Part shown: positions 1 to 20,710 of the stretch, one piece after another
Layout of the letters: each line of letters starts with the position of its first letter
How positions within the stretch are numbered: the first letter of the stretch is position 1
Source: the human T2T-CHM13v2.0 reference genome, Homo sapiens
NCBI RefSeq assembly: GCF_009914755.1
Contig: NC_060935.1
Length of the DNA stretch: 64,000 nt
Direction: 5' to 3' (one strand)
The notes under the pieces: model-generated
Seen by the model: the letters and a program-made list of their open reading frames with translations, nothing else
Databases searched by the model: none
Told to the model about the DNA's origin: nothing
Made by a program: the position numbers and the translations under genes

Positions 1-139
1 CAGCATGATTTATAATCCTTTGGGTATATACCCAGCAATGGGATGGCTGGGTCAAATGGTATTTACTGCAGAAATGATCCCTGAAAGTATAGTCTTCAAA
101 AATTTTTTCTTTTTCACCCACACAGGCCAGGTAGAACCA

Positions 140-1250
<1,111 letters not shown>

Positions 1251-1333
1251 GGTAAAAAAAATTATTTGTTGGCTGGGTGCGGTGGCTCACACCTGTAATC
1301 TCAGCACTTTGGGAGGCCGAGACAGGTGGATCA

Positions 1334-1552
<219 letters not shown>

Positions 1553-1780
1553 TCAAAAAAAAATAAAATAAAATAAAAAACAAACTTATTTATTTTCATT
1601 TTTAGAGACAGGTCTTGCTCTGTTACCCAAGCTGCAGTGCAGTGACATGATCGTAGCTCAACGTTAACCTCCAACTCTTGGGCTCAAGCTATCTTCCTAC
1701 CTCAGCCTCCCTAATAGCTAGTAATGCAGGCATGTTCTACCCGACCCAGCTTTTTCTTTTGTTTTTTTTTTTCACGTTAA

Positions 1781-1906
<126 letters not shown>

Positions 1907-2200
1907 TGAGTAGCTGGGACTACAGGCGCCTGCCACCACGCCCAGCTAAGTTTTTGTATTTTTAGTAGAGACAGGGTTTCCCTGTGTTAGACAGGATAGT
2001 CTCGATCTTCTGACCTCGTGATCTGCCCGCCTCGGCCTCCCAAAGTGCTGGGATTACAGGCATGAGCCAACCGCGCCCAGCCGGACTTTTATTTTTTGTA
2101 GGGACGGAGTCTCACCATGTTGCCCGAGCTAGTCACAAACTCCTGGTATCAAGTGATCCTTCTGCCTTGGCCTCCCAAATTGCTGGGACTGCAGGAGTGA

Positions 2201-2696
<496 letters not shown>

Positions 2697-3274
2697 TAAT
2701 TTTTGTATTTTTAGTAGAGACAGCGTTTTACCATGTTGGCCAGGCTGGTCTCGAACTCCTGACCTCAGGTGATCTGCCCACCTCGGCCTTCTAAAGTGCT
2801 GGGATTACAGGCGTGAGCCACCAAGTCCAGCCTAAATTAACTGTTTTTATAAAGAAAATTTACTGTAAATTGATAAGAGTGATGATGACCCTTATATGCA
2901 GCTGTTCACAAAAAAGTATTAAAGAAAAAAAAGCAGCAAAATTCCTTTTTGAGAAACATAGTGTATGAAATATGAAAAAAAATATGTAGTGCTTATATCC
3001 ATTGTAGCCTGAACCTGTGTTTTAAAACCTACAAATCTCAATCCATTAGTGGGACATAAAATCAATTTAGCAGGTCTCAAACAGCATTAAACAAACAAAC
3101 AAACAAACAAACAAACAAAAACCCAACAGTCCAAGCTGGTCTTAAATTCCTGAACTCAAATGATCCTCCTGCATCAGCCCCGAGTAGCCGGAACTATACA
3201 TATGCACCATCAGGCCCAGCCGAAGATCAGTTTTTGTGAAGAAAAAAGAAATAAAATACTACAAGTTCACTATA

Positions 3275-3433
3275 ATCTGGATAGGCTAACAGTGTTACAT
3301 AGCTGTCAAAAAAGTTATTCTGATTTTAGGCTTCAATGAAGAATCATAATGCTCAAAACAAAGGAAGTAATAGCTCTGCTCAATTTGACACACTCCTGAA
3401 CTACTACATTCATTCCCGATCTGACCTTTAGAG
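3275..3433 (+). mobile_element. CR1/L3 LINE fragment (left part; continues at about 11178-11480)
   Basis: Degenerate match to the recalled CR1 RT 3' sequence ('gctgtcaaaaaag...attttaggcttcaat...caaaggaagtaatagctctgctc...'), resuming after the hAT element with 'tgacaaact...gaggagact...caggatg'. Confidence 0.55.
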
Positions 3434-3468
3434 CAGTGGTTCTCAAAATGTGGTCCACAGATTCCTAG

Positions 3469-3861
<393 letters not shown>

Positions 3862-4034
3862 TGATATTTGCATCAATGATGCAAAATCAGTGGTGGGTAA
3901 AATTACTGGTGTCTTAACATAAATCAAGGCAGTGGGACCAAACTGAACACCCTTTCAAGAGAAAACCACTCAAGAAACTAGGAATAAAGGGGAACCTCCT
4001 CAACACAATATAAAGGGCACTTACGAAAAATTCA

Positions 4035-4337
<303 letters not shown>

Positions 4338-6176
4338 TTACTGTTGCATCACAATGAAAAAAAAAGACAAATTCACAGCTAGCATTATACTTAATGGTGA
4401 AACACTGGTAACTTCTCCCTTAGCAATACAAATTAGGAATGAGGCAAAGATGCATAGCATGGCCAACATGGTGAAACCTCTTCTCTACCAAAAAACAACA
4501 ATATAAAAATTAGCTGGGCATGGTGGCACATGCCCGTGGTCCCGGCAACTCTACTCAGAAGGCTGAGGTGGGAGAATCGCTTGAACCAGGAGGTTGCAAT
4601 GAGCTGAGAGTGCATTCACTGCGCTCCAGCCTGAGTGACAGAGTGAAAAAAAAAAAGACGACAAAAAAGATGTAGGTTCTTGCCACTTCTATTCAACATT
4701 GTACTAGAGGATCTAGCCAGGACAATTAGTACCCACCTCCCTCCAAAAAAATTTTTAAAAACCCTACAAGAAAGAAGGAAAAGAAAAAAAGAAAATGCAT
4801 CTAGTTTAGAAAGGAAGTAATAAAACTAAGTTTTTTATGAGACAGGGTTCCGCTCTGTTGCTCAGGTTGAAGTACAGTGAGGCAATCAGGAATACTGCAG
4901 CCTCAACCATCCAGGCTCAAGTGATCCTGCCATCTCAGCCCCTCAAATAGCTGGTACTATAGGAATGAGCCACCATGCTCAGCTAATTTTTGCTATTTTG
5001 TAGAGACAGGGTTTCGCCATGTTGCCCAGGCTGGTCTGGAACTCCTGAGCTCAAGCAATCTGCCCACCTTGGCCTCCCAAAGTGCTGGGATTACAGGTGT
5101 GAGCCATTGTAATCAAAAGTTTATTTGCAAGTGACATTATCTTGTATAAAGAAAATCCTAATGAATCCATTACAAAATCTATCAGAACTAATAAATGAGT
5201 TCAGCAAAGTTGCAAGATACAATTATGAATATACAAAAATCAACTGTATTTCTATCAACTTCCAATGAGCACTCTGAAAATGAAATTAAGAAAATAATTT
5301 CGTTTATAATAGCATCAAGAAAATTTCATTTACAATAGCATCAAAAAGAATCAAATATTTAAGAAGAAATTGAACAAAAGTATAAAACTTACACTCTGAA
5401 AACTAAAGCATCCCATGTTCATGGATCAGAAGACTTAATATTGCTAAGATGGCAATATTTTATAATATCATCTATAGAGGCAACACAATTTTTATCAGAA
5501 TCTCAGCTAACTTCTTTGTAGAAACTGACAAGCTGATTCTAAAACTCATATGGAATTGAATGGGACCCAGAATAGCCAAAACAATCTTGAAAAAGAAGAA
5601 CAAAGTAAGAGGGCTCACACTTCCTGGTGTCAAAATTTCCTACAAAGCAAGAGTAATCAAGACAGTGTGGTACCAGCACAAGGTCAGATATATAGATCAA
5701 TGGAACAGAATTGAGAGCCTAGAAATAAAACCATGTGTCTGAGGTCAAATGATTTTGAGAAGGGTGCCAAGACCATTCAATGTGTTAAGAACTATCTTTT
5801 CAACAAATGGTGCTGAGAAAACTGAATATCTACAAGCAAAAGAATGAAGTTGAATGCTTACCTCACACTATTAAAAAAAAACCCCACAAAACTAAAAAAA
5901 TGAATCAAAGTCCTAAATATAAAAGCTAAAAGTATAAAACTCTGAGAAGAAAACATAAGAGTAAATCGTTATGACCTTAGGTTTGGCAAAGGATTCTTAA
6001 GGTATGACACTATGAACAAAAGCAACAAAAGAAAAAATAGATAATCTGGACTTTATCAAAATTAAAAACATGTGCTTCATGGGACACCATCAAGAAAGTG
6101 AAAAGACAGCTCACGTGGTAGAAAATACTACTTGCCAAGTCATAAATCTGATTAGAGATTTAGATCCAGAATAATA

Positions 6177-6439
<263 letters not shown>

Positions 6440-6615
6440 TAGAGATGGGGTTTCACCATATTGGCCAGGCTGGTCTCAAATACCTGGCCTCAAGTGATCT
6501 ACCCACCTTGGCCTCCCAAAGTGCTAGGATTACAGGCATGAGCCACCGCACTGGCCTGTTTACAGAATTCTTACAATTCAATAACAAAAAAGACAAACTA
6601 ATTAAAAAATGGGCA

Positions 6616-8224
<1,609 letters not shown>

Positions 8225-8453
8225 TTATCAGGAAATTAAAACAAAAACCATAATGAGATAATACTTCATACCCACTAGGATATCTAGAATTAAAAAGTCA
8301 GATAACAACAAGTGTTGACAAGTATATAGCAGCAGTATTCATAATAGATAAAGGGTAGAAACAACAATGTCCAACACAAATGAAAAAATTCCAACACAAA
8401 TGAATAAATAAATGGTGGTATACAACTGAAAATTATTCAGCTATAAAAGGAAT

Positions 8454-9754
<1,301 letters not shown>

Positions 9755-10085
9755 GAATGAAGTGCTGACAACACATGCTACATGGATGAACCTTGAAAAT
9801 ATTAAGCTAAGTGAAAGAAGCCAGTCACAGAAAACCACTTATATGATTCCACTGACATAATATGACCAGAATAAGTAACTTTATAGAGACAGAAAATAGA
9901 TTAGCAGTTGTGTAGAGCTGGGAAGAAATGGGGGAAGGGAAGAATGATAGCTAAAAGGTATGGGGTTTCTTTTTGAGGTGATGGAAATGTTCTAAAGTTG
10001 ACTATGGTAATGGTTGCTCGTATCTGTGGATATACTAAAACTCATTGAATGGTATACTTTAAATGGGTGAGTGAATTACATCTCA

Positions 10086-10244
<159 letters not shown>

Positions 10245-10596
10245 TTAGCCGGGTATGGTGGCAGGTACCTGTAATCCCAGCCACTGTGGAGGCTGATGAA
10301 GGAGAATTGCTTGAACCCAGGAGGCAGAGGTTGCAGTCAGTTGAGGTCACGCTACTGCACTTCAGCCTGGGTGACAAGAGTGCCAAACTCCATCACAAAA
10401 GAAAAAAAAAAAAAGAATAAAGTGAACCTGTCATTTCAGGGAAAACAAATGACAGTATTTGTTGCCAATGATACATTTCAAGTTTTAAAGTGAAAACTAT
10501 GATTTCAGAAAACTTCGTATCCACTAACATGAACTCCAGAGCTTCTCAAGGCTCTTCTGAGTGATCACCAATGATAATATCATCAATGATAATAGT

Positions 10597-11020
10597 TGTG
10601 CAGAAAGGGTTAACATAGCAGGCCTGAGGCTGCTCTCCTTAGAAAGTCTTGCTTGTACTCTGGGAGGCCGAAGTGGGCAGATCACAAGGTCAGGAGTTCG
10701 AGACCAGCCTGGCCAATATGGTGGGCACTGTGCCTCTAGCAAGCTTTCCTGGGAAACAACATTTTACACACATCATCCAATTCAGTGCTGGAAGAATTAA
10801 GCATGTCCTGTGAGACTCTACTGGGAGGGGACTCTTAGACGATTGTGTCTGGCTTCAGACTTCACTCCATGTGCCTTTTCCCTTTTTTCACTTTGCTTTG
10901 TATCTTTTCACTGTAATACATTTTAGCTGTCAGCACAACTACATACTGAGCCCTATGAGTCCTTTCAGAGTATTACTGGACATGGAGGTGAGGTGGTCTT
11001 GGGGATTACCCCCCAAAACA
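10597..11020 (+). mobile_element. MER21-like LTR with an internal deletion and a short Alu fragment (about 10657-10722)
   Basis: Starts TGTGCAGAAAGGGTTAACATAGCAGGCCTGAG and ends ...GGTCTTGGGGATTACCCCCCAAAACA, as recalled for MER21A/B. Confidence 0.7.
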
Positions 11021-12589
11021 GTAATTTAGATACTGCATAATATAAAATGTGTCAATCCACATCCAGCCAGTTTTAATTTCTAATAAATTATAGGTATAAC
11101 CCATATAAACAAAAGCTCTTTGCAGTTCTCGGTAAGAGTATAATAGGGTCCCGAGACCAAAAGTTTGAGAACCACTATTTTAGTGTGACAAACTAATTGT
11201 AACATGTCGAGGAGACTGATCAACAGGATGTTACATGAATAACAATGGAAGGAACTAAGGAAGTTAGAGCAGGGTCAATTCTCCTACCACCCACAACCTA
11301 CATGCAGAGAAGAGTATACTTAGAGGAGATGGATAGGTATGTTCAAATAGTTCAAGGGTTGTCCTCCAGAAGAGAGAATAGAACAATTATGTGCAATCAA
11401 GATAAATGTCTTGATAGCATGATACTTTTGGGCCATATTAGGAAAAAACTGCAAGAATGAGCTCTTCCTCTTCCCTTCCATTCTGTTCCTGAGCAATCCA
11501 ATCTAAAAACCTAGAGCAAGGTAGATATCCTTGCTGGCCAGAAGGTAAGGGTCGGGGACCTGGGGGGTTGGGGTTCGGCATAAGGAGTCAGTCTGAACAG
11601 GTTGAAGAGAACATCGGTGCAGGCATGTCCCAGCACAGGAGTGAGAACACTAGTGAGTGAGAAGGGCGTGCATGCAGGGGTGATATGGCCAGGTGTGATG
11701 AGGCAAGAGCCTAGGGACATAAGAAGACTGTCCACATTTGGGACTGCCTGACTTCGGGGGGAGGAGCACGAACAGTTTGAGATGGCTTCCACATGGACAG
11801 AAAGCTTGGTGCAGGATGGAAACTCAGGTTGGGTGAGGAGGAGGTCCATTGCATGGGGGCAGTCTGGTGGTCTCAGGGCCCAAACAGGGTAAGGAGGGCA
11901 CCCACATTGGAGGAGCAATGTGGAGTGGGCTATGAGATCCCAACAGAAGTGAGAAGGGCATCCAGGAAGGGCAGTGGCCTAGCGTGGGGACTCAGTGGGG
12001 GAATCAGAGCTCCTGCATAGTAAGGGAGACAGACCCTACCTCACTGGGCTGTTATTAGGATTAAATGGATAAAACGCATATAGCATATGAGCCCAGAGTA
12101 AGCACAATCCCAGTGTCTGCTATTATTAATGTGCATAAAGGGACTGGCACAGCACCAAACACACAATGCTCAACAAATGGCTGTTTATTAAATGATTACA
12201 CTATTACATCACATCCTACGTATCTCATCTACAGACAGCAGCTACTGTCTGGATGCTAAGCAAATTTATTTAGAAAAATTAACTTAACACCACATAACAC
12301 CTACATCCCTTTCAGGAATTCTGTTTTTTCACCTAGAACTCCTAATTTGCTCTTCTTGTTTAGTTTCTGTTAACTTTTCCTTTCATGTTACTTTAAACTC
12401 TCTACTTCCTTTCATACTGACCCCTCCTTCAAGATCTTCTAATTCACATAGTAGCACGAAACCCAACCATCACCTCAGAAACACATCTAGGTCGGTGAAA
12501 AGAGCTTGAACAGACTCACTGAGTCTACAGCCATTTCTCCACATCAGTACACACGGAATAACTTGGTATGTGTCTTATTTGTTTCATAC

Positions 12590-12748
12590 CTGTCCTCGTT
12601 TTGGTGCATGCATGTATATCCCCAGGTAGAGTCCCATGGTGGGGGAATAAGCAAGCCGTAATTTGTGTCCAGTTCCAGCAGTAAGCCGAAGGTCTTTCTT
12701 CACAGGGACATACTCCAGCATGTCAGCTACCATTAGGCACATTTGCTC
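12590..12748 (-). CDS. NUP160: NUP160 exon 7 (159 nt); the gene continues beyond the left edge of the window
   Basis: Acceptor TTGGACAG|GAG. Encodes EQMCLMVADMLEYVPVKKDLRLTAGTGHKLRLAYSPTMGLYLGIYMHAPKRGQ. Donor CAG|GTATGA. Cumulative CDS 1101 nt, phase 0. Confidence 0.96.
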
Positions 12749-12857
12749 CTGTCCAAGAAAATAGTTAATAGGTGATATTCAAGGGATATTCAGGCTAGAA
12801 GAACATACCTTTTGAAAGGATGGACCTTTCATTGTATCTACTGCTCTATCTAGTTTA

Positions 12858-13215
<358 letters not shown>

Positions 13216-13287
13216 CTAACATGAAAAACATCTCTTCAGTCTGAAACATAAGATCAGACTTATATAAAATATAAGCTGTATTTTTTA

Positions 13288-13593
<306 letters not shown>

Positions 13594-13825
13594 CTACTCT
13601 TTCAGTGTTCCTGTTAGGTTGATAATTTTTCCAAATAAAAAGACAGTAAGTTAGGAGGAAAATATATGCAAAATAAAGCTAAATGAAACTGTCTGAATCT
13701 GGCAGTGACCAATAAGTTCCAAACCAATTGATCTAATAATCTTTAGAGAAACAGCAAAATTTACTTCAATTCTCATGATTCACAATCCTGTTTTAACTTA
13801 CAGCAACTATAAATGTAGCACTTAC

Positions 13826-13940
13826 CTTGTAAGACCACATTCGTAGTTTATGATCCTGACACAAAGCAAAGATGAAGGCATCATGCTCCACACAATGAAC
13901 AGCAAGACTGAGGGGACGATCTGAAGGCGACTGGTCACCC
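13826..13940 (-). CDS. NUP160: NUP160 exon 6 (115 nt)
   Basis: Acceptor TGTTTTAG|. Encodes GDQSPSDRPLSLAVHCVEHDAFIFALCQDHKLRMWSYK. Donor AAG|GTAAGT. Confidence 0.96.
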
Positions 13941-14483
13941 CTAAAACATAAGACCCAGTTTTAGAGTTTTACTGCTGCAAAGAATCTGATCATTAGAATT
14001 TGCAATTCAAGAAATATAATAAAATTATAAATGTACACTCTTAGCAGAAGGACCAAGAGCTTATATGCTGGTATAAGACAACTACATTTCTATTTGGTTT
14101 ATCGCCAATTACTATAATAAAATTTAAAAGGCTCTACATAATAATGGAAGACTGTTTCCTTTTATATTGTTTTCCTGTAACCATCAAAAACTTTCTATTT
14201 CTAATAATTTTACACGAAACTGGATTTGGGTAAGTCGGGGCAGAGCACTGAACTGGATATTGTGAGAATATAAACAGGCCGATTTATGCTGACAAGGCAT
14301 CCAATTGCAGATGAAAGGGACTCGGGAGTGTGGCTTTCCTCAGATGGAATTTAATGTTATTCTGACTGTTCTCCTTTCCAGTATAATGTTTGCCTTGGAA
14401 TAAGACTGGAAACAATAACTGCCGACCAGTGCAAAAAGATTAAATTCTTGGGCCCTTTGATTTACCTGCCAGACACCACTCAC

Positions 14484-14562
14484 CTGATAGCTGTTGGCAT
14501 CCAGCCTGTAAGCAATCGTTGCATTACTGAACTCTGTTTCAGTTCCACGACTGACACCATAC
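14484..14562 (-). CDS. NUP160: NUP160 exon 5 (79 nt)
   Basis: Acceptor CATTGCAG|. Encodes (G)MVSVVELKQSSVMQRLLTGWMPTAI(R). Donor AG|GTGAGT. Too short for the ORF track, read by hand. Confidence 0.95.
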
Positions 14563-14819
14563 CTGCAATGATATCCAAGGCACCTCTTGAACACACTTAG
14601 AGAAACCCAAAGGCAAGAATGATGTAACCATGAACAAGGTCTTTATAATAGGCAACAGACTTCCGTATTTCTGTACTAACAAAGGTTTAGGATGTAACTT
14701 TCCTGCATATATCACACCTAAAATATTTTGAATCATTATTAGATCCATAAAAATAGCATTTTTATACTTCTCATGGAAATTTTTGCCTTTTACAGACAGT
14801 AACCCATATTGCCACCCGG

Positions 14820-16460
<1,641 letters not shown>

Positions 16461-16779
16461 TCTTTGTTTCAATTAATTTAATTATAATGTTATAATGCCT
16501 CCATCTCAGGGCAGACAATTAGGCAACCCATCTCTACTACAAGATTTAGAATAGGCTGTCTTATACTTGTCTATTTGTTTTTCCGTGCTCCAATATGCTT
16601 TATAGTTCCTTATCCACTGTATAAAAGTAAAGCATTAGGGACTCATTAGGCAAGCAATAATGAATGACCAGTTCCGGGGCAGTAGAGATGCAATCCCTGC
16701 ATTGGATGACGAGGTTGAACTGTTTCAATGTTAACATTCCTTGTTTAAAGTTAAATCCATGCTCAGTTCCCATTCTTAC

Positions 16780-17002
16780 CAGGTATGTCATAAGGAGGTA
16801 GCTTAAGAACAAAGATTCCCCCAGAAGCACATGGTAAGGCAAACAGGGCCTCCCCATCACTGCTGAGCCAGGCTGTAGAGGCGGTGGAATTAGGAGATAT
16901 TCCAGGTACTGCTGGAATTAACTGATAGTTGCAAGGATCTGTGAAATCAACTTTTCCAATGTCAGTGAATATTGACTGCATCTGACTGTCAACTACCAAC
17001 TC
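16780..17002 (-). CDS. NUP160: NUP160 exon 4 (223 nt)
   Basis: Acceptor CTCAACAG|GAG. Encodes ELVVDSQMQSIFTDIGKVDFTDPCNYQLIPAVPGISPNSTASTAWLSSDGEALFALPCASGGIFVLKLPPYDIP(G). Donor G|GTAAGA. Confidence 0.97.
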
Positions 17003-17314
17003 CTGTTGAGTAATTAAAAAGAAAAATCTATTAAATCAAAATAACCAGAATTTTGCTCAGTTCCTCTCTATTGCTAAAAAAGTTTTTAAAGTAAAAAACT
17101 GTCAAGTTTAAGAAAGCTATTCTTCTTAATGAAAACTAATTCTCAACTTAAAATGTATGCCTGATCATTTTAAGCGGTAGCTATCAAAGTATGCTTGGTG
17201 AGGGATAACGAGAATCCAAATTTCCTTCAATTCCAAAAGACATCGCTCCAGCACTACATTTGTGACACCCAGAGTAATTTGGGAAATAAAAGATATTGCA
17301 CTTAGCCAACTTAC

Positions 17315-17525
17315 ACTCCTATACATCCGGGAGGGGTGTGGTAAAAGTAACCTGTGCACTGTTTGATTGGTTAACATCAAGATTATCACACGATTCTGAG
17401 TCTCAGAGACATAAACCCCTCCAGGTAAAACACTGCAATTTTGGAATTTTAGGCGAATGGCATTATTCAACAGATTTATGTCCAGTGACTCCTCCATCAG
17501 CTCCAATGTATCTCCAGAGGTCTTC
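17315..17525 (-). CDS. NUP160: NUP160 exon 3 (211 nt)
   Basis: Acceptor TTTTCAACAG|. Encodes KTSGDTLELMEESLDINLLNNAIRLKFQNCSVLPGGVYVSETQNRVIILMLTNQTVHRLLLPHPSRMYRS. Donor AGT|GTAAGT. Confidence 0.97.
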
Positions 17526-18191
17526 CTGTTGAAAAAGAGACATTTGTTTGAAAAGTTTATGCTTTTCTCACTGACTGTTCTACTGAAATATATGAGAACA
17601 GTGTCCAAGTGAACTCACCAAATTTGAAAATTTTGGATAAACAGATTTGGACCACTTTTGCATGCCAAATCACATTATGTACATTTATAAAAAACAGCAT
17701 AACAAAATCCAAATTTCACTGTGATTCTGTTACATAGAGACATTTCCAAACTTGATAGGCCATTTATTTAGGACAATATTTTATGCAATTAACTCTACTA
17801 TAATAAAAATTAACACCATACCCCGGCCATTGCTTGTAGTGGAATGTGGCCTCCATATATACTACAGCATCAAACAAAACTGACCTTAATAATTGCGGTT
17901 ATTTCCTGTTTCTATTACTTCTTAACCTGCAATAGCATGCATGCGCACACATATACACACACACACACACACACAGAATAGCAATTTTATACATGCGCTT
18001 ACATGTATGTGCAAAAATATTACAAAAATAAATATTTTAATATAAAAATACCTTCGCAAATTGAACATATCAGGGTTAGTTTCTATACTAAGCTATTCTA
18101 ACTTTCATTATTACTCCTCAAAAGGAGCTTGTTTATTTATTTTTTTCTTTTTTCCCCCACCCTCCCCAAAAGGAGCTTGTTTATTAATCCC

Positions 18192-18625
18192 AGCTGAGGA
18201 GCAAGGAGCCACTGGCAGCCACAGATCTCACTGCTGCACAGGGTTTTTAGAACTTCAGCCATAAAAATGGGCAGAATTTTCCTTGATCATATTCGTGGTA
18301 CCTGTCCATTTTCTTATGCAAACTGTGATACAATCCTGACCAACCGCTCAGAATTCATCTCCACTTGGTTCACAGGCGCCACTGGCAGAGCATTTCTTTT
18401 TAACAAGGTAGTGAACCTGCAGTACAATGAAGCTCTAGATTGGGTCATGCTCACTGGCCACCACATGGTCCAACATGTGAGCTGAAAAACTGCAGCAGCA
18501 AACTGGGATGGATCTACGAGTTTGCCACCGAAGACAGCCAGTGTTACAAGGAAGGCCATGTGATCCTGGAACGTGCTCTAGTTCGAGAGATTGAGGGCTC
18601 TAAGGAGCATGTACCATCTGATAAT
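18192..18625 (+). pseudogene. YPEL5P: Processed pseudogene of YPEL5 (yippee-like 5), antisense within NUP160 intron 2
   Basis: ORF 18267-18485 [53 protein letters not shown]... and its continuation [47 protein letters not shown] in another frame match YPEL5. It is intronless, and a 1-bp deletion at about 18484 creates a TGA. The 5' boundary is approximate. Confidence 0.93.
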
Positions 18626-18654
18626 TTTTGTTTGTTTGTTTGTTTTTTTTTTGA

Positions 18655-18810
<156 letters not shown>

Positions 18811-20482
18811 TAGTAGAGACGGGGTTTCACCATGTTGGCCAGGCTGATCTTGAACTCCTGACCTCAAGCCTCCCAAAGTGCTACCTGCCTCGGCCTCCCA
18901 AAGTGCTGGGATTACAGGTGTGAGCCACCACACCTGGCCCTCTTACTTGACTCTTAGCAGCATTCCACATGATTACAGGTGTTAGCCACCATGCCTGGCC
19001 CTCTTACTTGATCTCTTAGCAGCATTCCACATATGTGACCTTGCCTTCCTTTTTAAACAGTCTCTTCTCATGAATCCTATGATACTACCCTCTCCCAGTT
19101 TTCCTCCCACATTCCTGTCCATTTCTTCCCCTTCTCCTTGACCTGACCCCTATATGCTAGATTTCCTCAAACCTTGATCCTGGACCATCTTCTCTCACTG
19201 TACACTTTCTCCCAAGGCACATCTTATCTACTCCCAAGGATGTAAGTACCTTTTCAGCGCTGATGATTTCCCAGAGCTACTTTGCTTCTGGTAACTCACG
19301 GCATCAGCACAATTTTCTGGATCCTCAACCTCATCTCTGAATAATTCCTTCGCTTTCCTGCCTTACGGTTAAAGTTGGATCCTGGATCTCCCGTGAGGAC
19401 AGTGACCCCAGAGTTTTCTCTACCATGCCCTTTGGGGTGGGGCCTCAAGGAAAACATACAGATGTCCTTGTTCCCCACTGGCATTCTAGGCCACTGTTCC
19501 TCCTCTGCTACCCGAATCACTCAGCTCTGAAGCTCATGGAATCAGATACCACCTGCTACCCATGCTCACTGCAGTTGATTTTAGCTCCTGGCCCACTGTC
19601 ACTCTCTCCCACACTACTCTCACCATAATTCTTAATGATTTCAGTATCAGGGCCAGGTACAATAGCTCATGCCTATGATCCCAGCATTTTGGGAGGCCAA
19701 GACAGGAGGATTTCTTCAGCCCAGGAGTACGAGATCAGCCTGGGCAACACAGCAAAACCCTATCTCTACAAAATAAAAAAATTAGCCAGGCATGGTGATG
19801 CCCGCCTGTAATCTCAGCCACTTGGGAGGCTGAGATGGGAGGATCGATTGAGCCTAGGAGTTCGGGCTGCAGTAGGCCATGACTGTGCTATTTTACTCCA
19901 GCCTGGGTGACAGAGTGAAACTCTGACTCTAAAAAAAAACAAACAAACAAATGAATAAACAATATCCAATTATCCTAACACTCTACCTTCTCAGTTCCCC
20001 AAATTCCTTTCCTCTAGTGATTGCTCTCAACTGCATCTACTAGGTCATTCCCAACTGCACATAGATATATTATTATATTTTCTCTGTTCCTCCCTTGCTC
20101 TCTGGTTACCATGTGATTTCTCTGCTTCCCTTATAGCAATACACCTTGGAAGGGCTATTCTATACTCACAATTCCTCTCCTCCCTTTCCCTCTTGAACCC
20201 ACTCCACTGAGGCTTTTGTACGACTACTGCAGCAATTCCTGACCAGGTCATCAATGACCTCCATGATCCAAAGGCCAATTTTCGTTTCTCATCTTGCCTG
20301 GCTTAAATGCAACACTGACAGGTTTTCACTCTCCTCCTCCTTGAAACATTTCCCTTAGCTTCTGGGATGCCACGTTCTTTGTTCAACTCTCACTTCAGTT
20401 ACTCCTTCTTGGGCTCCTTTGTTGGTTCGTCATTTTTCTAAATGTTGGTGTGCCCCAGGGTTCAGTCCCAGACTGCTCTACT

Positions 20483-20710
20483 CAAGTGGCTCTCAACTGG
20501 GGGCGATTCTTCCTCATTCACCAGGATATTAAGCAATATCTAGAGATATTGTTGGTTATTGTAACTAGGGTAGAAGTGGCGGTATAGATGTGCTATTGCT
20601 ATGCAGAGGGTAGAAGCCAGGAATGCTGCTTAACACCCTATAGCATACAGGACAGCCTTCCACAATGAAGACTTAGCTGACAATAATAGTGCAGAAGGTG
20701 AAAAATCCTA
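20483..20710. mobile_element. MER20 (hAT-Charlie MITE)
   Basis: 'agtggctctcaactgggggcgatt...gggtagaagccaggaatgctgcttaacaccct...acaggacagcc...aatagtgcagaaggtgaaaaatcc'. Confidence 0.75.
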
